Assembly: GCA_051942205.1 (NCBI GenBank) | Contig: JAVECO010000086.1 | Coordinates: 1 to 64,000 of the forward strand | DNA: 64,000 nucleotides | Source of the DNA: Coniocarpon cinnabarinum | Lineage: Eukaryota | Direction: 5' to 3' | In this document: in pieces, positions 1 to 10,309 of the stretch | Layout: every line of letters begins with the position of its first letter | Numbering within the stretch: the stretch's first letter is position 1 | Notes under the pieces: generated by a model | Told to the model about the DNA's origin: nothing | The model's database searches: none | Seen by the model: only the letters and a program-made list of their open reading frames with translations | Made by a program: the position numbers and the translations under genes

Positions 1-594
1 GGGACGCGGAGGGCGCCGCCGTCAAGCATCATTGGGTGGTTGGCTGAATCCTGAATTGTGATGGGGTTGTCACTCTTCTCGCTACTCTGGTTCTTCGCTT
101 CTTTGCTTTCCATCCACCACATATGACCCTGAAACACTTCCTGGCCGCGTGCTGTTCCTTCACTTTGCCTTCACCTCGGGTAATGTGGTGCTCTGACCCT
201 GAGGCATCTAACGCTCTCACGCCCGCAACGACTGCGCCGCTCTGACAGTGGAGACCAGCTTGCACGTTTCGCATCGTAGCATCCCCATTGGCGAATGACG
301 GTCCATGCATCGCTTTCGCTCACCATCCTCCTCTTCACTCTCTCGCACCCCAGCTCGAGATGAGATCTGCTATTGCAGCCAATGTGCATGGGTATCCATA
401 CGGTAACCGTGCCGGGCTCCCTGCAGCGTCTGCATCGGCCACGTCGCTTGTCGTCATCGTCGTCATGTACCTAGTCTCGTCCAAATAGGTACTCAAATCC
501 TTCTTCAATTGCTTCGCTCGTCAGAGCATATTGCATATCCACCTCGTCTGCTCGTCTACGCTGAGGAACACGTTAGCTCTAATCATCTCACAAC

Positions 595-1027
595 ATGCAC
601 GTCCTCAGTCTCTTGCCCACCGTCCTGGTGGTCCTCTTCTTCTCTGTCGTCACGGCAGGCCAAGCTGCTCCGCAAGCCGATCCTGCTCTTCAAGTAAGAG
701 ATTTAATATCATACATGATCATGCAAACTTCCCTGACGCGTCCCAGCCTCGTCAGATGAGTACCGCCACAACCTCAGCCACCTCTACCTCCATTACGCCT
801 GCTGCAAGCGGTTATGTGCCTCCAGGGAGTTCAAATGGCGGCAGCCTGGGAACCGGCAGTGGTGGAACGGGCGGCAGTACTGACGTTGGTGGTGCTCCCA
901 CAATGGGTATGTACGAGAAGCCGGACATTGTCCTCGACTGTTTCCAGCTGACAACCGCCCAGACGTTCCTCTTGCCGCTTCCGCGCTCGTTGGGGTCGCT
1001 GGGTTGGCCAATCTCTTTCTTTTGTGA
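595..1027 (+). CDS. Small secreted, probably GPI-anchored Ser/Thr/Gly-rich cell-surface protein (~107 aa, 3 exons)
   Basis: ATG 595 gives signal peptide MHVLSLLPTVLVVLFFSVVTAG. Introns 694-746 (GTAAGA..CAG) and 907-962 (GTATGT..CTGAC..CAG) join an S/T/G-rich core to a hydrophobic tail DVPLAASALVGVAGLANLFLL*; TGA 1025-1027. Confidence 0.75.
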
Positions 1028-1151
1028 ACTCAAATTGAAGGCCTCTCTGGGAACTTAGCCACTGTAGAGCACAGTTTGCCTTGGCATGATCCGCCGCCTA
1101 TGTACATAAAAGAATTGCAGATTCTTTAGTTTTCTCTCGGTCGATCCTTCT

Positions 1152-2861
1152 TCACGAGTGCAGAGCAATAATATCAGGAAATCTTTCAGGAGGTATGACG
1201 GCCTTCACGCCATTAACGTCTTGTCCATCCTGATCAACTTCTACAATCTGCAGCGGACTTGCTGAAAGTAGACCCTCTCGCAAAGCCTTGAACTCGAACT
1301 GTACAGTGAAAGATGTATTGGGTTTAATTGTGGGCGTCACCATGTAAGGCTTTGTAGACACTACATCAGGTCCCTGCATGCTATCTTGTATCGCTGGAAT
1401 CAGCTTGAGTCGCATTGCTCGTCGTGGGTTGGATGTATTGTTTCTGAGCAAGGCATCATATTTGAACAAAGCACCGACAGGTATTGGGCCAAAAGATGCA
1501 GATTTCACGGTAATAGTCAGCTCAGAATGGCCCGGCGGGGTTAATGAAGGTGGTTCAAGTCCTGAAATGTCAACAGAGCTTTGCCACGAGGTGGAAATAA
1601 TGTTTGTTGGGCCACGCCCGCTGTCTCGCGGCTGTACTTGTGCCTCCAAGACGAAGTTCATCAACGTCCCCTGCTTTCCGTGGTCCTGAGTGATTACAAA
1701 CTGGTGGCTACCATCCTGAGTTGTTAACTCAAACACCAAAGAGAAGCGATCCCCTTTCCGGCAGAGGATGGGCAAGGTCGGACCTGGCAGCGCTATCACC
1801 TCTCCTTGTGTCAAACTGACCTGCATCTTAGCCAACTTGAGCAGCGGCTCATCGGAGAGCAAGTTGATATCCAGAGGTATCTCCACGTCGATTGAGGCAA
1901 GCGTTTTTCTACACCCTTCAGCCACACTTGTGTGTTGGCCGAGCTTTGTGCAACGTAGTCTCGTGTTCAGTAGAGGCACGAGCCTATGCAATGTCCTCGT
2001 GAGGTTCTTGAGGGGTCGAGGCTGCTCACGCAACGCAGATCCAGCTGGGACGTGTTTCGACAGTCTGGCTGCTGACAGTACGGGAGGCTTCTTCCCGCTG
2101 AAAGCCGGGTCATGTCGAAGTGCATGCAAGAGATTGACAGATGCTGCTTCATACGGTTTCATCGATTCTTCCTCTTCTTCGTCAAAAGAAGCTTGGTCTT
2201 TCAATTTCGCTACAGCGGAAAAATATAGCGAGGGATTCCGCGTCTGAATGTTCGTACGCGCTGTGGTATTCAAGTCAGCTCACGACCGCAAGGTCTTGCG
2301 CTGTTTGAAGCTGACCGACCAATGTGCATGTCTTGCTCCCACATCATGTACAGATACTGGCCCGCTTGCTCTTCTCCATTGTGATTTCGTTCCTCTTCGC
2401 ATTCGTCCCCAAGTGCTACGACTGGATCGCTCAGATCTTGCAAGGTCTTCGAGTCGACGAGATCCTTTGCCACAGGTTCAGACGCATATTGGCCATCTTG
2501 GCCTCTCTGGGCGTTGATAGCGAAAGCTTCGACGTTGACACTGAGACAAGACAAGAACTCTTCCAAGACGTGTTCTTCAGCCAAGGGACACCGCAAAACA
2601 ATACGACAAGTAATCTGTTCGTCTAAGAGTCGTCTGCGATGAGTCTCAGTCTCGAGAAGCCGATCAACTGCCTTATGTTGACTTACCAAGGAAGACTTCC
2701 TGCTTCTGAGGTACTCGCGGTGCAAGTGAATGAGAAGTATCCTCAGAGCTGCTAGCCTGGGATGCATTTAGAAGTGATTGAAGCGTTGCACTAGGATCAA
2801 GTGGGATCAGGGCATCGATCGTGCATTTATGCAGAAGCTGAAGCCTCTTTGGGTGGGCCAT
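1152..2861 (-). CDS. TRS65: TRAPP II complex subunit Trs65-like protein (3 exons)
   Basis: ORFs 2673-2861, 2270-2767 and 1152-2273 join through GT-AG introns near 2623-2686 and 2262-2320. Segments VFLDEQITCRIVLR, LPILCRKGDRFSLVFEL, IISTSWQSSVD and FEFKALREGLL resemble fungal Trs65. Confidence 0.6.
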
Positions 2862-3509
2862 TACCGGCTATGAAGTAGCATCAGCGGATTCGTGCGTTCT
2901 GTTATGCAATGTGGGCGGATTGAAAATTAGGTGATGGTAACAATGCCTCGGCCGGTGGGGAGTATGAGATGACACACTGTCGGGAGTCGCAGGCGTTTCT
3001 TGTATTAAGGCCTGTGTCCTTTCTGTATATATATCAGGCGTGCGTGATAGTCTCATCACATGGAGTATACGATTGCCATGACGTGTGTGAATCATCAATA
3101 CATACTACCTATTTGTGGAGCACGAAAGGTTTCAACCACTGTACTAAGCGTGGCGCTACGACAACCATATATTCAGTACCTGTGGAAGCTTTTGGGGCCA
3201 ATGAGGCAAAAACACTGATCAAAGGGCAAACAAATTCTGAACAGTCATATACACAGCGTGCACAGCTGTCTGTGCAAATCTTTTCCTTCCACTATTTCGA
3301 TTCCTGCTCTGCCCCAGCTACCACCTCGTTCTTTCCCACTATTCATCCTTCTCCTCACTTCCCGTTGTTTTTGTAGCCTTCGTGACTTCGTTCTTGCAGA
3401 CGAGCAAGGACTCGTCGCTGAAATGGCCTTGTGGCCAGCAATGAAATGTCATTGATAAATGCAAACCAAAACCTAGTTTCGAGAAATATGGCCTTTCAAA
3501 AGAACCCCG

Positions 3510-4337
3510 TCATTCATCCTCTCTTTCCGCATGACGCCTTGAAACCTTTGGCTCGGGGATAGGCGCGCCGTGAGCAATAGCAAGATGCATCCATCGATCA
3601 CGCTCCGCAGTCATGTGCTCGAGCTCACTCCGCAAAGCGTCTTCGATGTCTCGTTTCTTTTGCCGTGACTTCCGCGCAGCCATGGTATTTTTTGCCCGCT
3701 TCAACGCCCGGGTATCGCCCTCTTCGACCTCGATGGCAGGCAATTCACGTCCAGTGCGTCGGTTCTTGGTGACGCCTGATGTTAATGATAGCCTGTGAGG
3801 ATTGTATGCGGAGCCTGGACGTTCAGAGGCACCTGCATGAGTGGCAGAAGACAACGAAGAAGTGCTGATGGTGCGATCCATGGCGATGGAAGCCTGATTG
3901 ACCTGTTGTGCTCGTTCAAGAGATTCAGTGGAGGAGCTGAGCTCCACCGCCGGTGCGTACATCTCATTGTCATTTTTGAACAGCGACGGCCAGTTGCCTC
4001 GACCGACATTGCCAGTGTCTGCAAAAAGAGGAGAGTTGACGTAGTTGTCCATGTCATCAGGAGACGTGTCGTACATTGAGGGCGTAGTGAGATTGGTCAT
4101 AACGTTAGAGTTGGGAGCGGAGTGATCCATGAAGAGTTCATGAGGAGAGACGGTGTTGGAACTATTCTGACCGTTGAGTGGGGTGAATGAGGATGGGCCC
4201 AAGGACCCAAAATCCCCTTCCGCCCCCTCGTCAGAATAGCCCAAGGACCTTTCGAGCGCCGCACGGTTCTCTGTGGTCGCTGTCAGTGTCTGTGAAAGAG
4301 GCAGTCTTGATGGCCTTGGAGACGAACCTGGAGACAT
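3510..4337 (-). CDS. cpc-1: Cross-pathway control bZIP transcription factor (CPC-1/CpcA/Gcn4), AUG-initiated form, 275 aa
   Basis: C-terminal bZIP ALKRAKNTMAARKSRQKK with leucine zipper and ERDRW; activation motifs TVSPHELF, SAPNS..TNLTTPS, SPLF, WPSLF. First in-frame AUG is at 4337. Confidence 0.95.
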   Translation of the reverse strand: MSPGSSPRPSRLPLSQTLTATTENRAALERSLGYSDEGAEGDFGSLGPSSFTPLNGQNSSNTVSPHELFMDHSAPNSNVMTNLTTPSMYDTSPDDMDNYVNSPLFADTGNVGRGNWPSLFKNDNEMYAPAVELSSSTESLERAQQVNQASIAMDRTISTSSLSSATHAGASERPGSAYNPHRLSLTSGVTKNRRTGRELPAIEVEEGDTRALKRAKNTMAARKSRQKKRDIEDALRSELEHMTAERDRWMHLAIAHGAPIPEPKVSRRHAEREDE

Positions 4338-4548
4338 GGTGCCGAACTGTGCCGAGATGTTTTGAAGAAAATGGGCTTGACTGGGTTCGTTGGAGTAGGG
4401 CACGAGTCTGGGGTTCAGATGAGCCGCAGAGCGCTCAATATCAAGAACAGTGGTCTGGTTTGCAAATTTATTGTTATCCGTTAGAGTGTTGACAAAAGAG
4501 TTGTTTCCAGAGGCTTGAGTAGGACCGGTCTGGTCAAACACGCTGGAG

Positions 4549-4710
4549 TCACCCGTATTGCTGGGAGGTACTTGATTGGCCGCCCGAGCGCTGGGAGCCT
4601 GGCTGTCGTCTGGGGTGTTGTGGAAGAGGACGAAGTCGTTGTCGGAGAAGGTTAGAGTCGTAGGAGTTGTAGCGGGCCGAGATGGCGCTGGCGCATGAGC
4701 AGGAAGCCAT
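4549..4710 (-). promoter_or_regulatory. uORF2 of cpc-1 (53 codons, MASCSCASAISARYNSYDSNLLRQRLRPL...QQYG*)
   Basis: ATG at 4710 (GAC ATG G), out of frame with the main ORF, TGA 4551-4549, ending 211 nt before the main AUG; MAS- start and position fit an inhibitory uORF2. Confidence 0.85.
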
Positions 4711-4892
4711 GTCGATTGAGTATCCGTTTTGAACGTAGCGTAAAAGCTAGTAAGAAGCAGGGTTGCTACTGAAGAGTAGCAGAGGGGACCGTAGCTGCGC
4801 GAGCGCGAGTGCTGGGGTCCACAGCTCGTGCGGAAGCACGCTGTGAGGTAGCCAAGTGGAGGTGACAATCAGGACTTGAGGCGTTGAGACTC

Positions 4893-4901
4893 TTAGGCCA
4901 T
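4893..4901 (-). promoter_or_regulatory. uORF1 of cpc-1 (ATG GCC TAA, Met-Ala-stop)
   Basis: Minus strand reads CACACC ATG GCC TAA in strong context; same Met-Ala-stop peptide as Neurospora cpc-1 uORF1. Confidence 0.9.
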
Positions 4902-5018
4902 GGTGTGTCAGGCCTGTATGTGTGGGATTGTAGTAAAGATATGTGGGTAGAGAGGGGAGAGCAGAGAGAAGGAGGGCGTGGAGGAGAAGGAGATTGAGGA
5001 ATTAAGTAAGGAGGGGTG

Positions 5019-5025
5019 TGAGTCA
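5019..5025. promoter_or_regulatory. Gcn4/CpcA response element (TGAGTCA), proximal
   Basis: Perfect site about 120 bp upstream of uORF1, next to a CT-rich tract on the coding strand. Confidence 0.65.
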
Positions 5026-5468
5026 CCGCGTCTTGAGGGTAGGTGAGGTCCGTGCAGCGCGCTTCCTTTCTTGCGTGCTAGCGTGCTGTTGTCCCGGCTG
5101 CGTGCTCGCCCGCTTGGAAACTCGTCTTGGGCGGAATGCGCCTATTGCATTGCTCCAACGCGGTGGATGACGCCCTCGCACTGCGCGACCCAGAGCTTCA
5201 GGCCCTCCAGGGTGGATTGGGAGGGTGCGGAGGGCGTGCGTGGGAGAGCAAAGCCTCAAGAGAGGGCCGGAAGGGGGATAGCGGGGTTCGCTCCGGCGAC
5301 TGCGCCCTGCCCGAGACTCAGCACTAGCGCGCCTCTGCAACGTGCCCGTGGTGCCAAGCGTGCTCCTCTGACCGCTTTTCGCAGTGCGAGGAGGGCTAAG
5401 AGAGCTGAGCAACGCCAGACCGCCGTCCCGAGCTGTAACAGGCCCACGCCAGCTACTCCGACTCCGTG

Positions 5469-5475
5469 TGACTCA
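5469..5475. promoter_or_regulatory. Gcn4/CpcA response element (TGACTCA, context GTGACTCAT), distal
   Basis: Second perfect site in the same intergenic region upstream of cpc-1. Confidence 0.6.
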
Positions 5476-5761
5476 TCGCTCGCCGGCCAATGGCACCCAG
5501 CAATGGCTCTACTCCTTCCCCGCGCCGCATCTGCCTCGCAGGCAATCTCTCCAAGGTGCCTGTACCGTATAGATGTATCATGTATGCGGGGAGGGCGGGC
5601 GTTCGAGGTTGCATGATTTGGTAAGGTAGTGAGGTGCTCTTCAACATGCAGTCGTCCTGCACTCAATCTGTTGCCTTGCCAAGCCTTCCTGTGTCCGAGT
5701 CTCAGGTGAAACCAGTGACATGCTCCGCCGCCTCATCAATGATTTCCGATTCATTGCTCGC

Positions 5762-7416
5762 TTATCCCGGGAACAGCATCTGCAGAAGTGTCTCTGCGAA
5801 GATTTCATCTTTGGCTTGCCCCGGCTGCCATACCGGGCTTGCTGTCACTTGTTCGATCCGATTCCCCTTTCGTTCATCCTGCCATCCTCCTCTGTCGTGT
5901 GTCACTTCTTTATCCACGTCCACCTCAATCACCGTATTTCCTCCTCGCTTCTGCAAAGACGGTCGACCCCGTCGATCCACTACACAGGCTCCCCGCGTCC
6001 ATTGACCCATGCTCTCGACTCGAATATCTCGCGCCGTCTCAACGTGCCATTCATCTCGCTTGTGATAGGCATGCCACACCGCCAGAGGGTCATGCAAGCT
6101 CAGGCCTCCAGAGCCCTTGGTCTTCTCCCACGCTTGTGCCAGGACACCTGTCAGCCACTCCGCAAGGGGACTGTGAGGTCGTGAGCCGGCGTCAAGTAGA
6201 GGCTCCGTAAAGCGTCGGAGCATGCCTTCGCTTAGCACATGCGGAGTTGTCACGTCGAGGGGCAGCAGCTTGACTTTGAGGCGTCTTCGAATGTCTGACG
6301 GATCTAGTGGGTAAGGGTAATCGGGCAAGTGCGTCTTGATATCGCTGCCTGGCGGCCACGGTGGCATTGTGCTCTTGGGGTGCGGACTGGTCAGAGCAAG
6401 GACACGTGCAAATGCAATGGTGTCCGCATGAGTGTTGAATTCTGCAAGAGGAGTGATGTTACCAGGGATGTCGATAGCACCTCCCATGACAATGACCTCC
6501 TCCGCACGAAGCAGGGTGCCGGGATCTTCAGCTGCAGCCAGTGCAAGATTGGTGAGAGGTCCAATGGCGACAATGCTGACTGTATCTCGGGGATGCTGCG
6601 CCAATGTTCGAAGTATCATCTTGTGGCTAGGTACGGTCGAAGGAGTGAAGTGAGAATGTGTCTTTGAAGTTTGTTCCAGTTCTAACGGAGAGATGAGATT
6701 TGATGGACTCGATGGATCTGGCTCGGACGGAAGATCGAATAGGTGGCGCCATGTATTGTTAGGTGATAGATGCGGATACTAGAAGGGTCAGTCGTAGAAT
6801 GCAGAATATATAAAGTACCAAAAAGGCAGCGACCTCTTGGATTTCATGTCGAACTTACGCTATCATGCACACCACCAAGACCATCAACCCCGTCTGACAA
6901 AAGGGTCAGCATCATGAACATGGGGTTCTGCATCCAAAGGGACGGATCTCAAAACCCTCTTGCAAGTTCAAATAGCACGGTGGCAACGTACGAAAGAAGT
7001 CTGCCATAATCTTTTGCTCTGCGAGAGGCTCCCTTGCTCCCAAAGCAACGATGGGCTTCCTCTCTTTCAGGCCATCGAACCCCTCGTGTTTCCCGTTTTG
7101 ACGCCTCCATTCTTGCTCGCGTTCAATAATATGGAAGAGGGAGACGACGTTGCGAAGACAGCTATATTGGGAGGAAGTGGTCAGCAACAACAAGAAACAT
7201 GAAGATACGTGAAGATCAGTGACCGGACGAAATTTACCCTTCCACGTCAATATTACCATGCGTGAGGGAAATCAATAAGACTTCCAGATCCTCTGGTTTA
7301 GCAGTAAAGGCCAGTAGGTGCGCAAGGATGTCATCCACCCCCTGTTACATCAGCACAGGTACCTGGGCTTTCACTACGTAACTTACAGGATCGGTGTCGA
7401 TGATGATCTTTACCAT
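5762..7416 (-). CDS. Inosine/uridine-preferring nucleoside hydrolase family protein (multi-exon)
   Basis: MVKIIIDTDP|GVDD split by an intron; VAIGPLTNLALA, VIVMGGA, GNITPLAEFN, PLDVT and LHDPLA motifs. Confidence 0.9.
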
Positions 7417-7738
7417 CTCGTAAATCTCCAATTAAGACTTTGCGAAATACCTATGGTTCGAAGTCCGCAGAATATAGGAGTGGAACACGTTACAAAATAG
7501 TGTGCGAGACTTTGGACCCGGAGTGGGTCATTCGCTTCCGTGTCTTTGTCACCAGATTCACGGCTATCTATGTAGGATGCTGTCAAGACATCACGCATAC
7601 ATATGTCTTGCATTCACAGCAGACTCGCACATCCTGCTTCTCCTACGCAATGCGAGACAAGGCCTCTTGCAAGACCCTTTGACCCCTCTGCTAAACGCCT
7701 GCGCTCAATGCATTTGTTGCGTCGTTGCACACATAATA

Positions 7739-9355
7739 CTACAGTCGGATCCCGTGTTTCTTGTTCAGAACATCTGGCAACGTTGTGAGCCCGACCTTTG
7801 CTGGCCCTTCGGGCGCCTTCTTGGGGAAGTCTATCAACGCATTCCTCAAGGCGACTTGGGCGGCTTTTCGAAAAAATTTTGCAAACCGCTCCACGCTCCT
7901 TTCGATCAGCGCCTTCAAGACGATCAGATGCGACTGCGTGATGTCGTGTGCCGGTGTATTGACAATTCTGGCAATAGCGCGCCAGTAATTGATCGGAGGA
8001 TAAGGGTTGGGCATTGGTGCCCTTGAGAAGTCTCGGAGGGCAATCGACGCATACCCGGCGCCCAGGCCAAGCATGCGGTCATTGTGTCTTTGTTCTGTCG
8101 CCCACCCCGTCTTCTCCAAACCATTCGAGTCATACACTCGGTCCCATCCCAGGCGAGCTTTGCCAGCATCCGTCTTGTCGTTTCCGTAAATACCAAAGAC
8201 CACGGGACAGACCCGGTGCATCTTGGCCAGTAAGATGTCGATAAGAGAATGTCCCTTGACCTTTGTATCGTCTACTGCGAACAGAAACGTCACCAGTATA
8301 CCAGGCGGATCGGCGGCCTCGGTCTTCGCGCTTCCCTCGTTCGCCCATTGATTGATGACGGCTTTGGCCAGAATATTGAGATAATAGACCATCAGCGCAG
8401 ACGTTTGTGCAGACGTATCGTCAAGGTCGGCCGGGGCACCTTTTGCAAAGCATTGTCGCACGTCCAGAGCAGGTCTCTGCTGCTTGCGAGCACGACGTAA
8501 TATCTCCAGTATCTTGCTGCGGGGTTCCACAGTTCCCTTCTTGCCGACCGTGAGCTGCCCAACGATCTTTCTCACTTCACGCCTCCATTCACCAAGCAGT
8601 GGCTTCAAGTTAGGATCACTCTTGGCGTCTCGTTCAACATCTTTGCGCATTTTCTTGAGCCATCTATGTAGATCGAGATATTGGTTGTGCTCCTTTTCAC
8701 AGGCGTCTTTGGGGGTGCTGATCAAAGAAGCAGTTGGCTCGTTTGTAGTTGCGGGTGCTGACGCGCCGTTGGACCTAGCCACTTCATCTCCTCCGTTGCT
8801 GATGCCATTGACAACAGTCTTCGCTTCTGACTGCGCCTTCTCCTTTGCTTGCTTCTCCGCAACCTCGCGTTCATGCCTCTCTCGTTCCTCTCGCTCCTCT
8901 CGTCTCTTGGCCTCTTCGTCATGCTGCTTTTTCTCCAACTCACTTTGTTTTCGGAGCTCTTCCAAACGATGAGCTTCTTGAGCCCGACGCCGTCTGTCGG
9001 CAATCTCTTGTTCGAGCTGCTCGTGTCTCTGGCGCTCTAATTCCCTGGCTTCCGCATTCTCTTGTTGTTGTTTGGCCTTTTCCACCTGCAGGAGATTCAG
9101 CTCCTGCGCACGCTGAGCAGCTCGGCGGATGCGCTCATGTTCCGCCTTGGCTGCTGTCAGAGCCTCTCGATATGACTTGCCACGTCGCTTCTCGTCAGCC
9201 TCAAGCTTGGCTAGAAGCTCTTTGTTGTAGTGGTCGTGCTGGAGGCTCAGCTCCGCGAGGTATTCGCGCGACGGACTGCCGGCGGTCTTCTTAAGTGCAG
9301 ACGGGCTACTAGCAGCTTCATCGTGACCACGCGACCGCTTGAGGGATGGCGTCAT
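7739..9355 (-). CDS. GLE1: mRNA export factor / nucleoporin Gle1
   Basis: 538-aa ORF with N-terminal E/R/K coiled coil and C-terminal LIDILLAKMHRVCPVVFG, RMLGLGAGYASIALRDFS and YWRAIARIVNTP segments typical of fungal Gle1. Confidence 0.85.
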   Translation of the reverse strand: MTPSLKRSRGHDEAASSPSALKKTAGSPSREYLAELSLQHDHYNKELLAKLEADEKRRGKSYREALTAAKAEHERIRRAAQRAQELNLLQVEKAKQQQENAEARELERQRHEQLEQEIADRRRRAQEAHRLEELRKQSELEKKQHDEEAKRREEREERERHEREVAEKQAKEKAQSEAKTVVNGISNGGDEVARSNGASAPATTNEPTASLISTPKDACEKEHNQYLDLHRWLKKMRKDVERDAKSDPNLKPLLGEWRREVRKIVGQLTVGKKGTVEPRSKILEILRRARKQQRPALDVRQCFAKGAPADLDDTSAQTSALMVYYLNILAKAVINQWANEGSAKTEAADPPGILVTFLFAVDDTKVKGHSLIDILLAKMHRVCPVVFGIYGNDKTDAGKARLGWDRVYDSNGLEKTGWATEQRHNDRMLGLGAGYASIALRDFSRAPMPNPYPPINYWRAIARIVNTPAHDITQSHLIVLKALIERSVERFAKFFRKAAQVALRNALIDFPKKAPEGPAKVGLTTLPDVLNKKHGIRL

Positions 9356-9777
9356 CGCCTCTGCGCGGGATCAGTAGGTCGAGACAAGTCTCGCGCTTCA
9401 AGCGTGTCGCGCGTCAGAGAGAGAGGATTGGACAGTCCGACCATGACTTTAGATGGAGACGCAGTTGCGCAGACTATGCATGGACCGTGAACGATTAGTC
9501 CGCTGGAGGTGAGCGTGGTAAAGCCCATACATGACCGCGGCGCGTTCGTGAGCAAGGGCAGCTGGAGGCCTTCTAATGACAAGCGGATGATGCGCAAGCA
9601 GCGGTGCCGGATGCTGACTAAGCAAAGCCGCATCGAACGAGAAGCACGTGCTCGGACTCGAGACGCGGAAGCCGGAGTTAGGGTTGTCAAGGCTTGCAGG
9701 GCAGGCTCCCAAATCGGTGTTCGTCGCTGCGATTCCTGGTGCCCCCGTCGCTCCTTCTGGAACCACCTCACTATCGA

Positions 9778-10011
9778 CTACCTACTTGCCTACTTGCCTA
9801 CCTACCTACCCCATCATCGCTGCCTCTCCACCCTCTCTTTCCCTCTCTCCCCCTCCACCTTCTCCGTCACGCCCGTCTCCCTCGCTCTTTACTCAAACTC
9901 TCGTCGTTCTCTGTGGCAACTGTCAACTGAGGCTCTTCGCCTCGTCCATCCCTGCGGAGCCTCGCTGTTGCTCCTGCACTCCTTCGCAACAGCACAGCAC
10001 AGCACAGCACA
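9778..10011 (+). repeat. Low-complexity leader of SSD1: degenerate (CTAC)n, CT-rich tract and about 4.5 ACAGC units
   Basis: ctacctacttgcctacttgcctacctacctacc at about 9778-9810; acagcacagcacagcacagcaca at 9989-10011. Confidence 0.8.
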
Positions 10012-10309
10012 AACCCCTCACTCCACCGCTTTCGCTTCTCGGCTAAAGCAGAGCATCTTAAGGACGTGAGGTCGACATACTCCGGCAGGTCTCTTGCTTG
10101 CATCCTTCATCACCTTTCCCTTCCCTGCTTTCCTTCAGCCTCGAGCTTGCGTCATACACAGCATTGTCAAGTTTCATCCCCCGGGCCGAGGATTTGTTGT
10201 TCAGAGACGGACGTTCACGCTTTCAACGGAGTAGACCCTGAACTGTACGGACCGATTTGTGTTCGTTTCGACCTCGCCTTCGGTTGATTAGTGCCCACAG
10301 ACTCTCAAC

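Noticed and set aside
5023..5666. Overlapping 130-180 aa ORFs upstream of cpc-1, like the many antisense ORFs elsewhere in the track
   Set aside because: GC-rich promoter sequence or shadows of real genes; mostly non-ATG starts and no protein-like motifs.
9352..9444. Short ORF whose TGA overlaps the GLE1 ATG
   Set aside because: Could equally be a 5'UTR intron (GTCGGA..CTGAT..CAG) or chance; cannot be resolved from sequence.
9677..9685. Telomere-like GTTAGGGTT
   Set aside because: About 1.5 repeat units only; no telomerase RNA features recognised.
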